A stretch of DNA of 64,000 bases from positions 558,001 through 622,000 of the forward strand of contig NW_027191456.1 in the NCBI RefSeq assembly GCF_011745625.1, given 5' to 3'. Positions within the stretch are counted from its first letter, which is position 1; each line of letters opens with the position of its first letter. The notes beneath the pieces are model-generated. The model saw only the letters and a list, made by a program, of their open reading frames with translations. It was not told where the DNA came from and ran no database searches. Made by a program: the position numbers and the translations under genes. The DNA is from Cladosporium halotolerans. Its lineage: Eukaryota. Shown here piece after piece: positions 23,345 through 36,945 of the stretch.

Positions 23345-25240
23345 GGTCGCTGTGGCGTTTTCTGGCCCTGGATCCGGCGAAGGGTGGGAAATTTTCACAA
23401 GGCCTGCTGGGGTGGACGTTGTCGCGGCGCTGACGGTGTTTCAAGGGAAAGGCCAGCCAGAGCGATGTCAAGCCATCGAGCGAATCAAATGGTTGGTGGT
23501 ATAGAAACGGGGACACGCGACAGCAGCAGCGGCAAGGGACGTGGTCGCATTTTCTAAAACCGCGTAGGGGCCGCACATCGGCGGCGGTACCTCGCGCCCC
23601 CAAAACCCCCGAAAGCACCGCACCGCAGCACCGCACGGCGTTCAAGAGACGGCTCCATCCTAGCCGCGCCCTCCGGCGCGAAAGAACCACGCCTCGCAGC
23701 GCGCTTTGGTCATCGCAACGCGGCAAGAGAGGTTTGGCTTATGTAAATGCAAGCGTCCATTGGGTGCTTGGTTCGCTTTTTCTGTGGAGACAGGGCGTCG
23801 GCTATTGCGACCCATGGGGTAGATCCACGAGCATGCGTGCGAGAGGGCGGAGAGAGCGCGTGTGCCCCGATGTGACCTCGCAAACCTGCATGTTCGTGGA
23901 GAAAGTGTGGAGGCCTGAGTGTTGTAGTGTGTGCGTCTGTCTTGGGTTGATGTAACGTCTGTTCTGTATGCATGTGCGGCTCGCCGCGGCTGTGGCTTCA
24001 CAAGCGGTGCTAAGCTTTTCCCTTTCCGGTCTCGCGTAGACTGCCTATAACGGGTCGTCTGCATGGGAATGCGTGAGCTGGCTGTGAGCGATTGAGGGGA
24101 ACATCTCATTTAGGAAAGAGTCTCAAAGTATCCGTAATACGCTGCCCAGACAATATTGCCTGCCGCTTCATCCGATTGACGGAGATGGGTGAATCAGAGC
24201 AGGATGAGTCTCGGGTTTGAGGAAGACGATCCAATCCGACGCCTCTTTTTGAAGGGTGGATAATACGCACGCTCACAAGACACCAAACAGCCCCAAAATC
24301 GAAGACGAAGAAAAAAAGAGAAGATATCATACACTGCCTAAGGTAACTCCCTTGGCCCTCCTTCACCCCATGCCATCCCGTTTCCAACCCCAAAACCCAC
24401 CGTTCCCTCTCACCAGCTCGCGAACGAAGCCCATCAATCGTTGAAACCCCCCACCAACGCGACGAAAGCTTCCAAAGCAAAACCGCCGTGCACGAAAAAA
24501 AATGCCCAGGAACACAATCTAAGAGGGAAACCCCCCATGAAATAGAAAAAAAAAAAATTGCGAAAAGAGATAAAGGACAAAAGCGGGATATGAGATGAGC
24601 ATGCATAGTCGTCGTGGTCTTGCTAGCATCTAGAGTCGAAATCCACAGGGAAAAAAAAAAAGGAGAAAAACAGAGATGATCGTCCCTTTTGATGCATCGG
24701 AATGGCTTCATTTTCCTCCCCATGCCCGTTTTTCCTTTCATGCTTTCCTTCCGGAGACACGTCTCTCGTCCGTAGTGCTTCGGCCAATCTCGCAAGCTCG
24801 GCGCCGATTTTTTGGGGTTTTCATGGTGTGATGCCTTGAATGTGATGCTGCGAGCGTCCAAGGTAGCGATGCATGCTTGCGTACTCGCTTGCTTTGTTGT
24901 GTGTTGGCAGCAGCAGGGAGAGCGTTCTAGTGCGAGGGTGGCGCTCGCGAATAAGAAGTGTGATGTTGATACCGTCTGGCCTTAAGCGGGACGTGGTAGC
25001 ACTCCGGCGGCGAAGTCAACGCCGTGCAAGTCTGCGAGAATCTCGCGGCTTGAGAAGTCGTGGCAGTGGTGTTGCTTGAGCCATCGATCAAGGCCACGCA
25101 GTGTTTGCCCGACCAGCCGCTCAGGAGCCCAAAAGCAGCACCCCCAAAAGCCAACCCTCCCCATTCGCCCGTCCCATCAATACTCCCTTTAGAAATACCT
25201 CCCGAGCCGTGACGTGATCTGATCCGATTCCTCATCATCA

Positions 25241-28240
25241 TCACACATTACTCCCCATCCACCCGCCCGCCCCACCATGCCCCCCACCACCACCACCGCC
25301 CGTCCACCCCTCCTCCAGCGTTCTATCCTCCAACGCCCTGATAAAATTCCTGTTCGGATCCTGCCTCGCGGCTCTGCTCTGCCTCCTCCGTCCGCCCACG
25401 TTGCCAATCGCCTCCTGCCCCTCCTGCGGCGGCGGGTAGTACGCCGGGGAAGGCTGCAGGCGGATGGGGGCGTTGGGGTCCAAGTGGGAGACGACGCGCT
25501 GCAGGGCGGGCGGGATGCCGTTGACGTTGCCGTTGGCGTCCATGGTGCTGGCGCGCTGGCGGCCGGCGCGGGTGGTCGCCTGCGCGTAGAGGTTTTGCTG
25601 CGGGGCCTGGGAGTGCTGCGGGTAGGGTTGCATTGAGGCCGCGGCGGCGGCGGCGGGAGGGGGTTGCTGGATCATGGGGACTTGCTGGCCGTAGGCGGAG
25701 GGCGGGTTGGAGGGGTAGGGGGGTGGGGCGCCTTGGTGGGAGGGCGTGTAGACGTTGCCAGCGTACATGGGGGGCGCTTGGGGTTGCTGGGCGACGTGGG
25801 GGGGGTTGGGGTAGCCGGGGCTCATGCTGTGCATTCCGGCTGCGTAGGCGGCGGTGGCGGCGTGCTGGGCTTGTTGGGCTTGTTGGGCTTGCTGCTGGGC
25901 TTGTGCCTGGGCCCGTTGCTTCGACAAAGCTTCTGCTTGTTGTTGCTGTTGCACGCCTGGTGCTGGTGACCGCGAGGAGGTTTTCAGGTTCATCTGTGGG
26001 TGGAAAGGTCCAGTGTACTTTTGCTGAGTGATGAAGGGGTGTGTACGCGCTTGCTGCGGTGACCAACGCTCGAGAGGGTTGATGTTGAGCAAGCCGTTAA
26101 CGAAGTCGATGAAGGCCTCGCGGTTGGCCATTTCTGATTACTGTTAGCAATGGGCCCGAACAACTTGTCCTCAAGACTTCTTACCTCGCTCAACCTCGTT
26201 CTGCTTCATTCCCTTCCTGGGCATCGGATAATTCCTGATGATGTCGGGTAATCTCGTCGCACTGAAGTACTTCTTGCTGGGCTGCTCCTTTGTGCCGTGC
26301 TCTCTAGAATACTGCTCCATAGACTTGAGCCTGTAATTCCTTCGGCCAAACTCATCGTGCACTTTCTCAAAGAACTCGCCAGACTGCTTGCCAACTTCCA
26401 GCATCCAGGTGGGAGGCAGACCGAGCATTTCGGTGATGCGTGAGACCTGGTTGTACTCAGAGCTTCCGGGGAAGAGAGGCAGTCCAAGGAATAGTTCCAC
26501 AACGATGCAGCCGAGAGACCACATGTCAATAGCTGCCGAGTAAGGAAGGCCAAGGAGGACTTCCGGTGATCGATAAAACCGAGACTGGATGTAAGTGTAC
26601 ACTGTCTGTCGCTCGTCGCATGCGGAACCAAAGTCGATGATCTTGATGATTGGGCTTTCGAGGCTGTTCACACTGTCAGCATCTAGATGTCGTCGATGTC
26701 ATCCAAGCGAAGAGAAAGTTCAGGAGACTTACTTTTTCAGCAAAATATTCTCCGGTTTCAAATCGCAATGTATCAGCTTCGCCTTGTTCAGCAAGCACAG
26801 CCCATTCAGCAGCTGCTGCGCAAAGACACGCACGAGCGTGGTGCTCAGTCCCCTAAACTGATTCTGCTTGATCAACTCGTACAAGTTGACCGACAGCAGC
26901 TCAAACACCAGGCACAGGTGCTGCTTGTGGATGAAAGTGTCCTTGAGGCGGAGGATGTGGTGGTCGTCGTTCTTGTCCATCCTGCCATTGAGCAGGTCGA
27001 GCACGGACACCTCCATCATGCTCTGGTTGAAGTACGCGGTCTTGTTCTTCACCACCTTGACGGCCACCACCTCTTGCGTCTTCAGATTTTGACATTTCAC
27101 GACCTGGCCGAAGGTGCCTTGGCCCAGCACGTCGAGGATGAGGTATCTGTTTTTGTGGTTCGTCTCTTCCGACCCGAGGATGTCGTTGACGTACAGAATG
27201 TAGTCGCTGTCCTCGTTGTCGTATCCATCGTTCTTTACACCCTTGCTCGGTTTCGTGAGAACTCTTCGAGGGTTCCTGGATGATTCATACTGGAAGGCGG
27301 GGTTGCAAATACGGTACGTCGCGGGCAGATGGGTGGTGAGTGCCTGCAATGGACTGATGAAACCTCCCTCTGGGTTCGCTCTTCGGAAAGGCGGTTGTGA
27401 GTTGATTCGGGGCTCGAGTTCTGCGATGTTGTTGCACTTCCTCATCTGCGGCACCGTCGATCCTCTTCCACCAGGCGAAGGCTGATGGTGCGGGTGGCCC
27501 TGGTTACCTGGAGATCCTGCATCGCGTCCGAAGACAGCATTGAGCTGTTGTGTGGCAGATTGGGGGAAGTATCCTGTCGGTGACAGTGTGGGCTGCAACG
27601 GAGGAAGCTGCGACGAGTGCGCGCGTGCGGACGACGGAGGGGAGGCGTAGTAGCGCTGCGACGAGGTTGGCGACGCGTACTGGCTCTGCCTGATGGGCGA
27701 CTGCCGCGCAGACTGCTGGGGAGTGTATGAACTGTACTGGGTGTTGCTCGAGAGCGGCGGCTGAGAGCCGGGCTGATAGGGCGAGGTCGGCGAGGTGTTC
27801 ATTGGCGAGTAGCGCGCGGCAGCTCTGGAGGTCGCGTCGTCGGCGTGGGCGGGCAGGTACTGCGAGTTCCTGTTGGAGCTGGCGGCGGGACGGTTGTACT
27901 TTTGCTTGTTGTACGGGTCGGCGTCCTCCATTGGCATGTCGCCGTCCAAATCGCCGTTGTGGGCGTAGGCCATGGTGGTGTCGCGCGGCGTGTGGGTGCC
28001 GCTGCCCGCCGGGGTGGACAGGCTCAGGTTGGCGGTGCGACTGGCAATGGAGGGCGGTGCGTAGGCGTCGTACTTGGCCGAGACAGACGCGCCGTCGGCG
28101 GCAGGGTGGGAGGGTGCTGGGGGCGCAGCGGAGGCGGAGGAGGGTTGGTCGCGGTGTGGGGTCTGGCGCGAGCTGAGCGAGGACGGCTGGTCGGAAGGGT
28201 GACTCGGCGTCGACGTCGACCAGGGCGGGTCGCGGTCCAT
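25241..28240 (-). CDS. YAK1: DYRK-family protein kinase Yak1, 3 exons
   Basis: [11 protein letters not shown] (DH box), [36 protein letters not shown], Gln/Pro-rich tail. Introns 26732-26664 and 26184-26134. Confidence 0.96.
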
Positions 28241-28447
28241 GGGGGCCAGCGGGACAGCGCGGCGCGGCGGGAGAGGGCGGTGGACGCGCGCTGGGCTGGG
28301 ACGCTGGCGGAGGCAGGCGCCGGGCGGGAGATGCGAGGCGGGCGGCGTGCTGTGAGGGCGGCCGGTGGTGGATGGGTGGATGGGCGGATGGATGTGCGTG
28401 GAGCTGGCCCGGGCGCAGCTCAGTCGTGCCCGACGTCAAAGACGGCG

Positions 28448-28472
28448 GCGTGCGTGCGTGCGTGCGTGCGTG
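28448..28472. repeat. (GCGT)n tetranucleotide microsatellite upstream of YAK1
   Basis: gcgtgcgtgcgtgcgtgcgtgcgtg, an alternating purine/pyrimidine tract. Confidence 0.8.
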
Positions 28473-29528
28473 CACTGCTCAGCGACACGCCACGCGAGAC
28501 GCTGCCGTTGCGCTGCAGCAGTCGGGAGGCGGCGGTTTGAGGAATGTCGTCTGGTGGGAGTAGCGCATTCGCCGCGCGACAGCCGCCTGCCTGTGGTGCG
28601 GTGACTGGCGCCGTCGAGCTCGCCTGCTGCTGCTGCTGCCGCCCTGCTCTCCCACTGCCGCCGCTTGCTGGCTGGGCTGGACTAGCCGATTCGGCCGGGT
28701 CACGGCGCCGCCACTACTCGCAATCACACAGTGCCTGGTTGATACAGCAGACGTGCGGCTCGAGGCACAAGGCGTGGAACGTGGTAGAGGTCGAGAGAGA
28801 CGCAGCAGCGACGATGAGACAAGATCACAGCATGTATATCACATCTACGCATTGGCCGCAGTGCTGTGGCCGGGCATGACACACTCGGAACGTGCTGATG
28901 CAGAGTGGGCGAGGCGTGGCAACCCAACGCCGCCCAGGGTGTTTCATGCTAACGCTGCACTGCGAGGATCGATGGTTTGCTGTTGGCTCCACGTGGAAGC
29001 CATCCTCCAGCTACGCGCGTGTCGATCCTCAGGCATACGGCGGTTTACTGGATCAACTCGACGACATGGTCTGCTCGTGGCGGCATCCTCCGTTTTCTGA
29101 ATGGCGATTGGCCCGTAAGTAGAATGACAGTCACCTAGCATCGCTTTGAAATCAATTGTTCGTTTGATTGATCATCTGCTTTCTTCGAATACGACATGTA
29201 TCACACTGCCTGCTCCGTTCCTCGTTTCTCTCCACCCTTGGTCTCATTGACTTGGGACAACCTGCTCACTGGGAGCATCTGCGTTTCCCAAATAACCTCC
29301 GGCAATCACCTGCCGACGTCTCGAAGCTGGTGGCAGAATGTCTGTCTTTCGCTCGGGGTACGCATGTTTCGAAAAAGTCTGTGAGCCCAATTGCCCACGG
29401 CGCGATGCGTGTCCTTCGTAGGCTCTCTACAATCGTGAAACCGACGCTGTCATCGTACGGAAAATCGAGTCTGGCGTCAAAGCCTATGGCTGCATCTTCG
29501 TTCTTTATGCCGCGCTTCAATGCAATAC

Positions 29529-30586
29529 TCATCCAGTCGGCTTCTCGCCCGGCGGCGCCTCAGTAACCGGCGTGTCCACAGCAGGCGTAGCAACCGGCGG
29601 CGTGCCAGCAACAGGCGTGTTGCCCGAGCCCGGCGTAGTCGGAACGCCGACAGGCAAGATCTCCGTCTTGAGCTCGCGATTCTTCTTCGGCTTGGGTTCC
29701 GGCGCTGTCACGAGTTGTCAGCAAAACTGATTCCGCAACCTCCCACCAGGAAAAGAAAAAGAAAAGTCTCACCCTTATCGTTCTCCTGCACATAAAACCT
29801 CCGCAGCAACATGATCGCCTCCTCGCGGTACAGGCCGCCGTAGACGGGGAACGGCCTGTCGACGCCCTCGTCCATGTGCACCGTCATCACGCCGCCCGTG
29901 CCGCCGAAGCGGTCGTTGAGGCAGCCGAAGTAGACGCTGCGGATGCCGAACTGGCGGAGCGCCGACGCGCACATGATGCAGGGCTCGACGGTCACGTACA
30001 GGTCGGTCTCGTGCAGGACGGACGGGTGGTGGCGCGACATGATTTCGGAGAGGGCGACAAATTCGGCGTGGCGGGTGCCCTGGGGGGAATGGTGGGTTAG
30101 TTTTGGATTTTGGGAGGGAGGTTTTTTCGATTTGGTGGTGATTTGGTATTCGATTTTGCGATTGATAGCGGGGTGTGTATCTTTCGTTGGTATTGTCGTT
30201 TGGGAAAATGTTCGACAATATTGACCCAATCCAGAAAATCAAAAAAATCAAAATCAAACAACAAAGAAGGGGAAAACGAGAAAGAAACTCACGTTCAAGC
30301 TCGCGTTCGTCCCATTAATCCCCCGTCCGATCACCTCCCCGTCCCTCACAAAAACACACCCGACGGGCGTCTCGTCGCTGCGCAGCGCCAACTCCGCCAT
30401 GTCGATGGCCTTGCGCATGAAACCCGCGTGGTACTCGCGGTCGGGGATCGGGCCGAAGACCATTTCGTCGCTGTCGCCGCCGCTGCGGGAGAGGTTCGTG
30501 TATGGGTTGGAGGAGGAAGAGGGAAAGGATTGCTCTGCGGTGGTGGGAGTGGGAGGTAGAGGGACTTGGGTGGGCGAGGAAGGCAT
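29529..30586 (-). CDS. TAD2: tRNA-specific adenosine-34 deaminase catalytic subunit, 3 exons
   Basis: ETPVGCVFV, NGTRHAEF, LYVTVEPCIMCASAL, YFGCLNDRFGGTG, LLRRFYVQENDKAPEP. Introns 30292-30080 and 29772-29705. Confidence 0.95.
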
Positions 30587-31491
30587 GGCGGGCGTTTTTT
30601 GCCTGAGCGGCTTTCCACTTGCTTTGGCTGGGGCGGGCGCGCTGGTTGGCTGGTGTGGGGATTTGGGGATGGGGAAGGAGCGGGTTTGCGGTTTGGTATT
30701 GATCGATTGATGGATAGGACGCAGTTTGTTTGTATCCAAGATGGAAAGAGTGTGATGGGTCGGTTGTGTCGCGAGGTGGAGAAGGGAAAACAAAAGGGTG
30801 GTGTGAGGTTGAAGTGAAGGCGAGAGGTACAGGCTGCAGGCGACAAACGCCGCTTGTTTGTCTTCACATGCGAACATTGGCTGACCGCGTGAGCGCGCGC
30901 AGCACGTGAACGATATCGAGGTGTGGACAGAATTACACTTCACCATGGTAGATGATCTTCAGATGTCCAAATAATTTCCACAAAATGAATACTTTCGTCT
31001 AGTCATCGGATTTTGGCACAACTCAGAAAAAGAACACCACAAGAAGAGCAAACCGTGTATTCTGCTCCCTTGACCCTCTCCGATCCGTCGATACAATCTG
31101 CTCAAAATCAAGAAAACAATCAATCGCAAGACCAAGGTACCTCGAAAGAGCACGCGCTTCGATAAGGAAGGCGTGGACCTTGCGCCGTAGGAAAACAAAA
31201 AACAAAAAAACAAAGCAAACAAAAATCGAGTCGCTCAATGTAGCAAGATCAAAACGCGGACAAGGATTTCCCAGATCTTTCCCATATGCCGTTGATGTAC
31301 GCCTCTTCAGTCGCTGAAGAATGAAATCCCAATCCCAGTGCAAAAACAAAATGAAGGATAAACTCCAGGATATGCCGATGAGGCCGCGAGAATGGGTTCG
31401 ATCGACGGCAGGGCAATCCCTATGCATGAAAAAAATGTGTCGTAAAAAGTCGATGCAGACTGCAGACGATGACGATGAGTCGCCCCAAAGA

Positions 31492-33981
31492 TCACTGACT
31501 CCACCATTCACAGTGACACCCATTGCTCGGTGTCATTCTCTTCGCTCGAAGCTTCTGAGTCGGTGTGCCGTCTTGACTGTCGTATACTGTGTACTCCGGT
31601 GGGCTCTCCGCCATTTCGAACCTGACGTACTGGCCGTTGGAGGTCGTGGGTTGCAAAGTGCCATCGTTGAGGAGTTGGAATTGCTGACAGTATGGCGTGT
31701 TACCCTCCTCGGGTACTCGACGTTCCTCAATCTTGATCAAGTAAGGGTAGATGTCTAGACCGTGGTATGTGTCCAGCGCTTCTTGTTCTTCAGGGCTGAG
31801 GCCCGCCTCATTCTCGTCATCGTCGTCATCTTCGTCGTTGACCTCACCAGGGGTATCGCGCCGTTGCATCTCAATCTTCCGGCGCACTTTAGAGGATATC
31901 GTTTGACCATCGTCATCGGGATGATCATCATCGAATTGCTGGTGGCCGCCACGGTTCTTGGCCCAGGGCTCGGATGTTGCTGAAGCCGCCACTGATGTTT
32001 CAGTGACGGTGGTGGTGATGAGGCTGTCCGAGCTGGTCCAGACGTCGGTAGCTTTGACCGGATCACCAGAGACCAGAACAGTAGGGCTGGAGGTGTAGGA
32101 CGACAGCGTGGTTCCAGCGGGCATGGAGTTGTTAGTCGGTATGCTAACAGGAGAGCTGCTAGTCGTAGTGACAGGGAAGTCTTCAACGACAGGCTTCTCG
32201 ACATAAATCCAGCCTTCGATCAGAGTATCATTCCACACACACATCCAGGGCCGTTCGCCTTTGTTGATGGTCTGCTTTTGTCTGTTCCAGCCAGGAGGAA
32301 GCTGGTACTCGGCGCGTTTTACTCTGGAGGGGCTGCCAGTGGGTGCGGGGCCAAATGCAGTCTCTGGGAGAACGACAATCTTGTCGTACTTCTGGCTGAA
32401 GTAAAACGCAGGGCCTTGGTCTTCGTCACCGCTTTCCTGGAGAGCTTCGAAGGGAGCGAAGTCGGTGTCCATGAAGCGATACTGAGCACCATAATCCATC
32501 GCGTCGTTGGTCGATGCATAGAAGAAAAAGGCACCGACAGTGGGTCTCGGGGCTGCTGGCACGCCCACGCTGATAGCGAGAGCGGGAGTGCCAGACAGAT
32601 CGCAATCCCATGCTTGATTGTAGTTCGGGTCGGATAAACAGCCAGACTGAACGTTTGTCGGAGTTGAAAGGCTCAAGGCGTATGTTCCTGTAGGGGCAGA
32701 GACAGTTGGCGTCGCTATCCTACGAGCCTCAGCCACTGAACTGCTACTACTGGATTCGGCATCAGATTTCCTGGGAATTGGTCAGTATTGCGTTATTGCC
32801 ACCTGGATCATGTTCACATACTCTTTTGCGTGTTTTGAACCGCTGGCATAGCCTCCCAAAATGCCACCAACAATGGCGCCAATAAATCCGGCAGCACAGG
32901 CCGCCATGATCAACCACAAGAGAGGAACGCCACAAAACTTCGTCTTTCGCTTCTCTTTCCATGACTTCTCTTTCCAGCTCTTCTCGGAGAAGCCCGTGTC
33001 TTCGGAGTCGGTGCGTTCCATGAGTGGCAAAGATGCGTGCGTGTCGACGCCTCGGTCCTGTACAGAGTGTCTGTCCAGATTTGACTGATCGGTCATAGAC
33101 TGACGAGGCATGGGCGGGTCTGGTGGTGGTTGTACGTGGTGGTGCATGAGAGGCATGCCGGGGTCTGATCCGGCTACTGGCCCTCGGCTGTGCAGTTCGC
33201 CGGGCACCGCTAATATGGGCATCTTAGGGCCATCTTCAGGGTATCTTGTGTAAGGTGGGAGTTGCTCCGTATGTCCATCTACGCCTACGATGTCCTGCTC
33301 CTCACCATCAGGGCCCCGCACGCGTTGGTATTGCTGGCCAAGACCAGGGAAGCCAACGGCAGGGGCAACGGCAGGTGCCTCTTCGTCCAGGTCAACATCC
33401 TCCGCCACGCCCTGTGGGTACATCGCATACGGGTGTTGAGGTGCGTGTCGAACAGAGGAAGTCCGGTTTGGTTGTACTGTGGATGTGGTTGCGATGCTTG
33501 GCGATCGGGGTAAGGTGCCTTGCGGGTACATGGCATAGGGATGACTAGGTCCTCCACCATCGAAACGAGGGCTGTGAGTACTGGCGAAGAGGTTGGAGGA
33601 TGCTGAAGAGGTAGACCGACGCGCTATGCCAGGTGCAAAGCTGGCGGTCGACTGCGAGTGCATGCTTGGCGACCGCTCAAACTCCATCCGAGGTTCGTCG
33701 TCGGGGCTGCTGAAAGGGTTCTCATTGCTGGTCGGTTTCGAAATGGAATTCCTTTTCGGCACTGCAGCCGGTGTGATCAGGTCCGGGTCGGTCGCGTAGT
33801 GTGCTGAGACCGTATGTATGGGGGGATCCTGGCTATGACGCTCGTCTCCTTCGCTGGCGTTGCCCGGTCGGAAGCCGTCCGCGACGAAGTCGAAGTCGTC
33901 CACCGCAAACTCGTCGTCGAAAACATTCATGCTCTCCTGCGTCGGCGTCACGTCGCCCTCCTCACTGCGCCTGCGATCCAT
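31492..33981 (-). CDS. Conserved fungal single-pass (type II) membrane protein of unknown function, 2 exons
   Basis: Disordered N-terminus with HPYAMYPQ repeats and EQLPPYTRY, TM helix GVPLLWLIMAACAAGFIGAIVGGILG, intron GTATGT..ACTGAC..CAG (~32821-32771), Cys/Trp-containing lumenal domain ending GCHCEWWSQ. Confidence 0.85.
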
Positions 33982-36866
33982 GATGGCGGTGGTGGTACTG
34001 GTGTTGGATGCGTGTGTGCGGCCGCCGCGGGCCAGCACAGCCCCGTCTCAAACCCTCCCTGACGCAGTCTCCTCGTCGCAGCGGTGTCGAGCAGGCTCCG
34101 TTCGAGGCCCTCGGAGGACCAGCGAGACCGTGGGTTCGAGCGTATATGGGTGAAAGCGAGGGTGATGATGGCGCGGTAGGGGTGGCGGTGGTGGTGTGCT
34201 GTAGAGCAGAGGATGGAGCGAACGCTGAGCGCGACCGTCAGGCTCTCCAGGCCACGGCAAGCGGCAAGCACAACCGCGCTCGTTGGCAAAACAGCGCGAG
34301 ACCGTTCCGCGCTAGCCTGCTGCGCCCTGCAAAAAGCCCTGGGACTCCGACTGGGCAGTAGCCTCACGCTTGCAGACACTACGCGCTCGCACCCCTACTA
34401 GCTGCACAGCACGCTGGTAACCACGGGGACAACTATGTTCGGCGCTGGCGAAAGCATCGCGAGTCTGACACGCGCTTGCAGCAGGCACAGTTGCTGCTGC
34501 AGCTCAGCACGCATGAGGGCCGCCGCCGGACACAGCGGTAGGCCACAAATCCCTGCGCACAAACTCTGCCAGAAGCCAATGCTGGGCCGCCGGCAGAACC
34601 GTCGACACCGGCACGTGCGCCGGGCCCCATAATCGAGCTACGACGTCACTGCCACCTCCGTTTCAAGCATTTTGCGGCCGATGGGGTTGGTCAAAACGGT
34701 CGAGAGACAGCGGTGCGCCTATTGCGGCGTCCATCCTGCCGACACGAGTGAAGCAGGCTTGCGACCTAACGGTGTCACTGTTCGTGAGCAGGAAGACAAG
34801 GTATGTCTATGACTGTGTCAAGAACTCGCAGTCTGGGTCGGCTACACGCGAGCGAACCAGCGACCCGTGAGAGAGTTTCCGCTGGGAAAGCAAGTCGCGT
34901 GAACATTTCCTACTGGTCCAGCCTCTGCCGGAAGCCCTGCCCCGGAAGGCAAGCGAGCCTTCGCTTCGTGCTACTAGGTAGGTATCGGAGCATCAAGTCT
35001 TGGGACGAATTCGCTGCCTCCGCTCGTTGCTCGGCTGTGGCGTCTCGACCGTCCGATCGTCCACAGGGGCAGACCCAGGGATGAATGTCTCTGTCGGAAA
35101 CAGCACGTGATGGAGTGTTGGTCATCCTGCAATTTTTGAGGGTCGTGCTCTATTCTGTCAACGGGATGAGACGGCTGCTAGATGGCTAGGTATGACAGAC
35201 ATCGTATAGGGCAATACTTTGGTCTGGTGATTTTCTCGTACAGTGATCGGCCAAACGCTAGCGACTCGTGGGGATGGCACCAGTGCTGGAGTGCCGCCAG
35301 GCTGGTTATGGCGCTGTACGACCAGACGCAAACCGGTTGCGGTGAGCAGCTGACATGTGATGTGCGGCTAGATAATTCTTCGGCATCACCCAGCATCGAC
35401 ACCTGTTCAAAAGCAAACACGATGCACAATGGTCAGGTTGAATCGATCCCAAGTCGCGTCGTGTTCGAAGGTCGATAGCGATCGGTCAAAGATGAGAATC
35501 ATCATTGGAGTGCTCCACTGAGGGAAGGCTCTTGTAGACGCGTTTTCCGAGTCTCAGACTCGGATCTTACTGTTCAGATGTTTCCACCATGACAGCTATG
35601 CATCCCAGCCAAATTATCACTGCGAGTGAAAATATCCGCGCATGACATCTATGGCTCGCTCAGAAGTGATCAAAATTACCTGACTGTAATGCACTCTCTT
35701 ACTGGATGTGCATGTCTGGTTAAAAACATTCCAGGGACCGTCGCCATTCCTCGAATCTGGACCTATCGGTTATCGCGCAACAGGTTGACGACCTCAGAAG
35801 ATTGTTAAGCTCATTGCTCGTTCCCATTGTCGATTTGAATGATAGCTCAAAATATGCTTGTGATTCCCCGGTATTGAATGAGTGATATTACGACACCTCT
35901 TTTTTCTCACGTAGTTCCTCTCCCCACAGCAGAAAACATCCATCGCTCATTTGATCATACTCGTTTGTGAGTCCATGCTTTCATACAGATTGGTACGGCC
36001 AACATTTTAGTCTGTTGTGAGCAACGCTCGCTTTGAACAAAGGAAGACATAGCAATTCCTTGACTCATTCGATACTCGACGACAAGGGAGATGAAGAGGA
36101 CGGTGAGGGAGGAAACGAAGATAGGCCGAGTGATCGGTATGAACATTGAAGTATCTGGCATATCACTGAAGCTTCAGCCGGTAATAACTATCCAAGAGTG
36201 AGTATCGCATACTGAACGCCCCGATCGACATAAGCTGTAGGTCATCCAGTGTGTTAGTGAAGCTTCAGCTCGAGTTGAATGTTGCCAAGTGAGTGAAGCT
36301 TCAGAGTACTAGGTAGCGAGCATCCTAGAGACAATACTGCGAACGACATAAGTGGTAAAGCTTCAGCTCTCATTAGATTTGTGCTGATGTTGCCTTCGCT
36401 TTGCGCTTCATTCGCCATCATAACTCACCCTCACTATTATCACCTTTAGGGCTCGGCCTGAATAGCTAGCCATTTTCTCCACCATTCCTCTTTACACTTC
36501 GGTCTTCGACTTTCATATCAATATCGAATACGAAAGCCTGATATCTGATTTCAGTATCCCGATCTCGAGAGACCTAACCTCTATATATGCTAATACATAT
36601 TCTAACAAAGGATAATCCTAGCGCATAAACCTGATAGTAGGTAATATAGCGTGGGGTGCAAACTACTTGTAAGTCACCTTTCTATTTACCTAGCAGTGAA
36701 TGCTGCATTTACTCAGAGTAGTGATACTTTGTCGCGATGCTGTGATTTCTTGTCCTATTTTGTGAGAATAGATTCACCAATGTTCAGTAGATAATCACTT
36801 GCGGGCGATGGGTGAACAGTGAGGGAGCGTATATATAGATGAGATGGGTTATATAGGTCAGTGTTC

Positions 36867-36938
36867 GGCTGGGTGGCCTAATGGTAAGGCGTTGCTTTCC
36901 GGTGGCAAAGATTGCGGGTTCGAGTCCCGTCCTGGTCG
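36867..36938 (+). tRNA. tRNA-Arg(CCG)
   Basis: Cloverleaf: acceptor GGCTGGG/CCTGGTC, D arm GCCT-AATGGTA-AGGC, anticodon arm TTGCT-TTCCGGT-GGCAA (CCG at 36899-36901), T arm GCGGG-TTCGAGT-CCCGT. Intronless, with TATA-like sequence upstream. Confidence 0.93.
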
Positions 36939-36945
36939 TTTTTTG
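36939..36945 (+). terminator. RNA polymerase III oligo-T terminator
   Basis: T7 run immediately after the tRNA 3' end. Confidence 0.8.

Noticed and set aside
36166..36370. CRISPR-like repeat/spacer interpretation of the palindromic motifs
   Set aside because: Repeats are only 9-12 bp, spacing is irregular, the host is a eukaryote and there are no cas genes.
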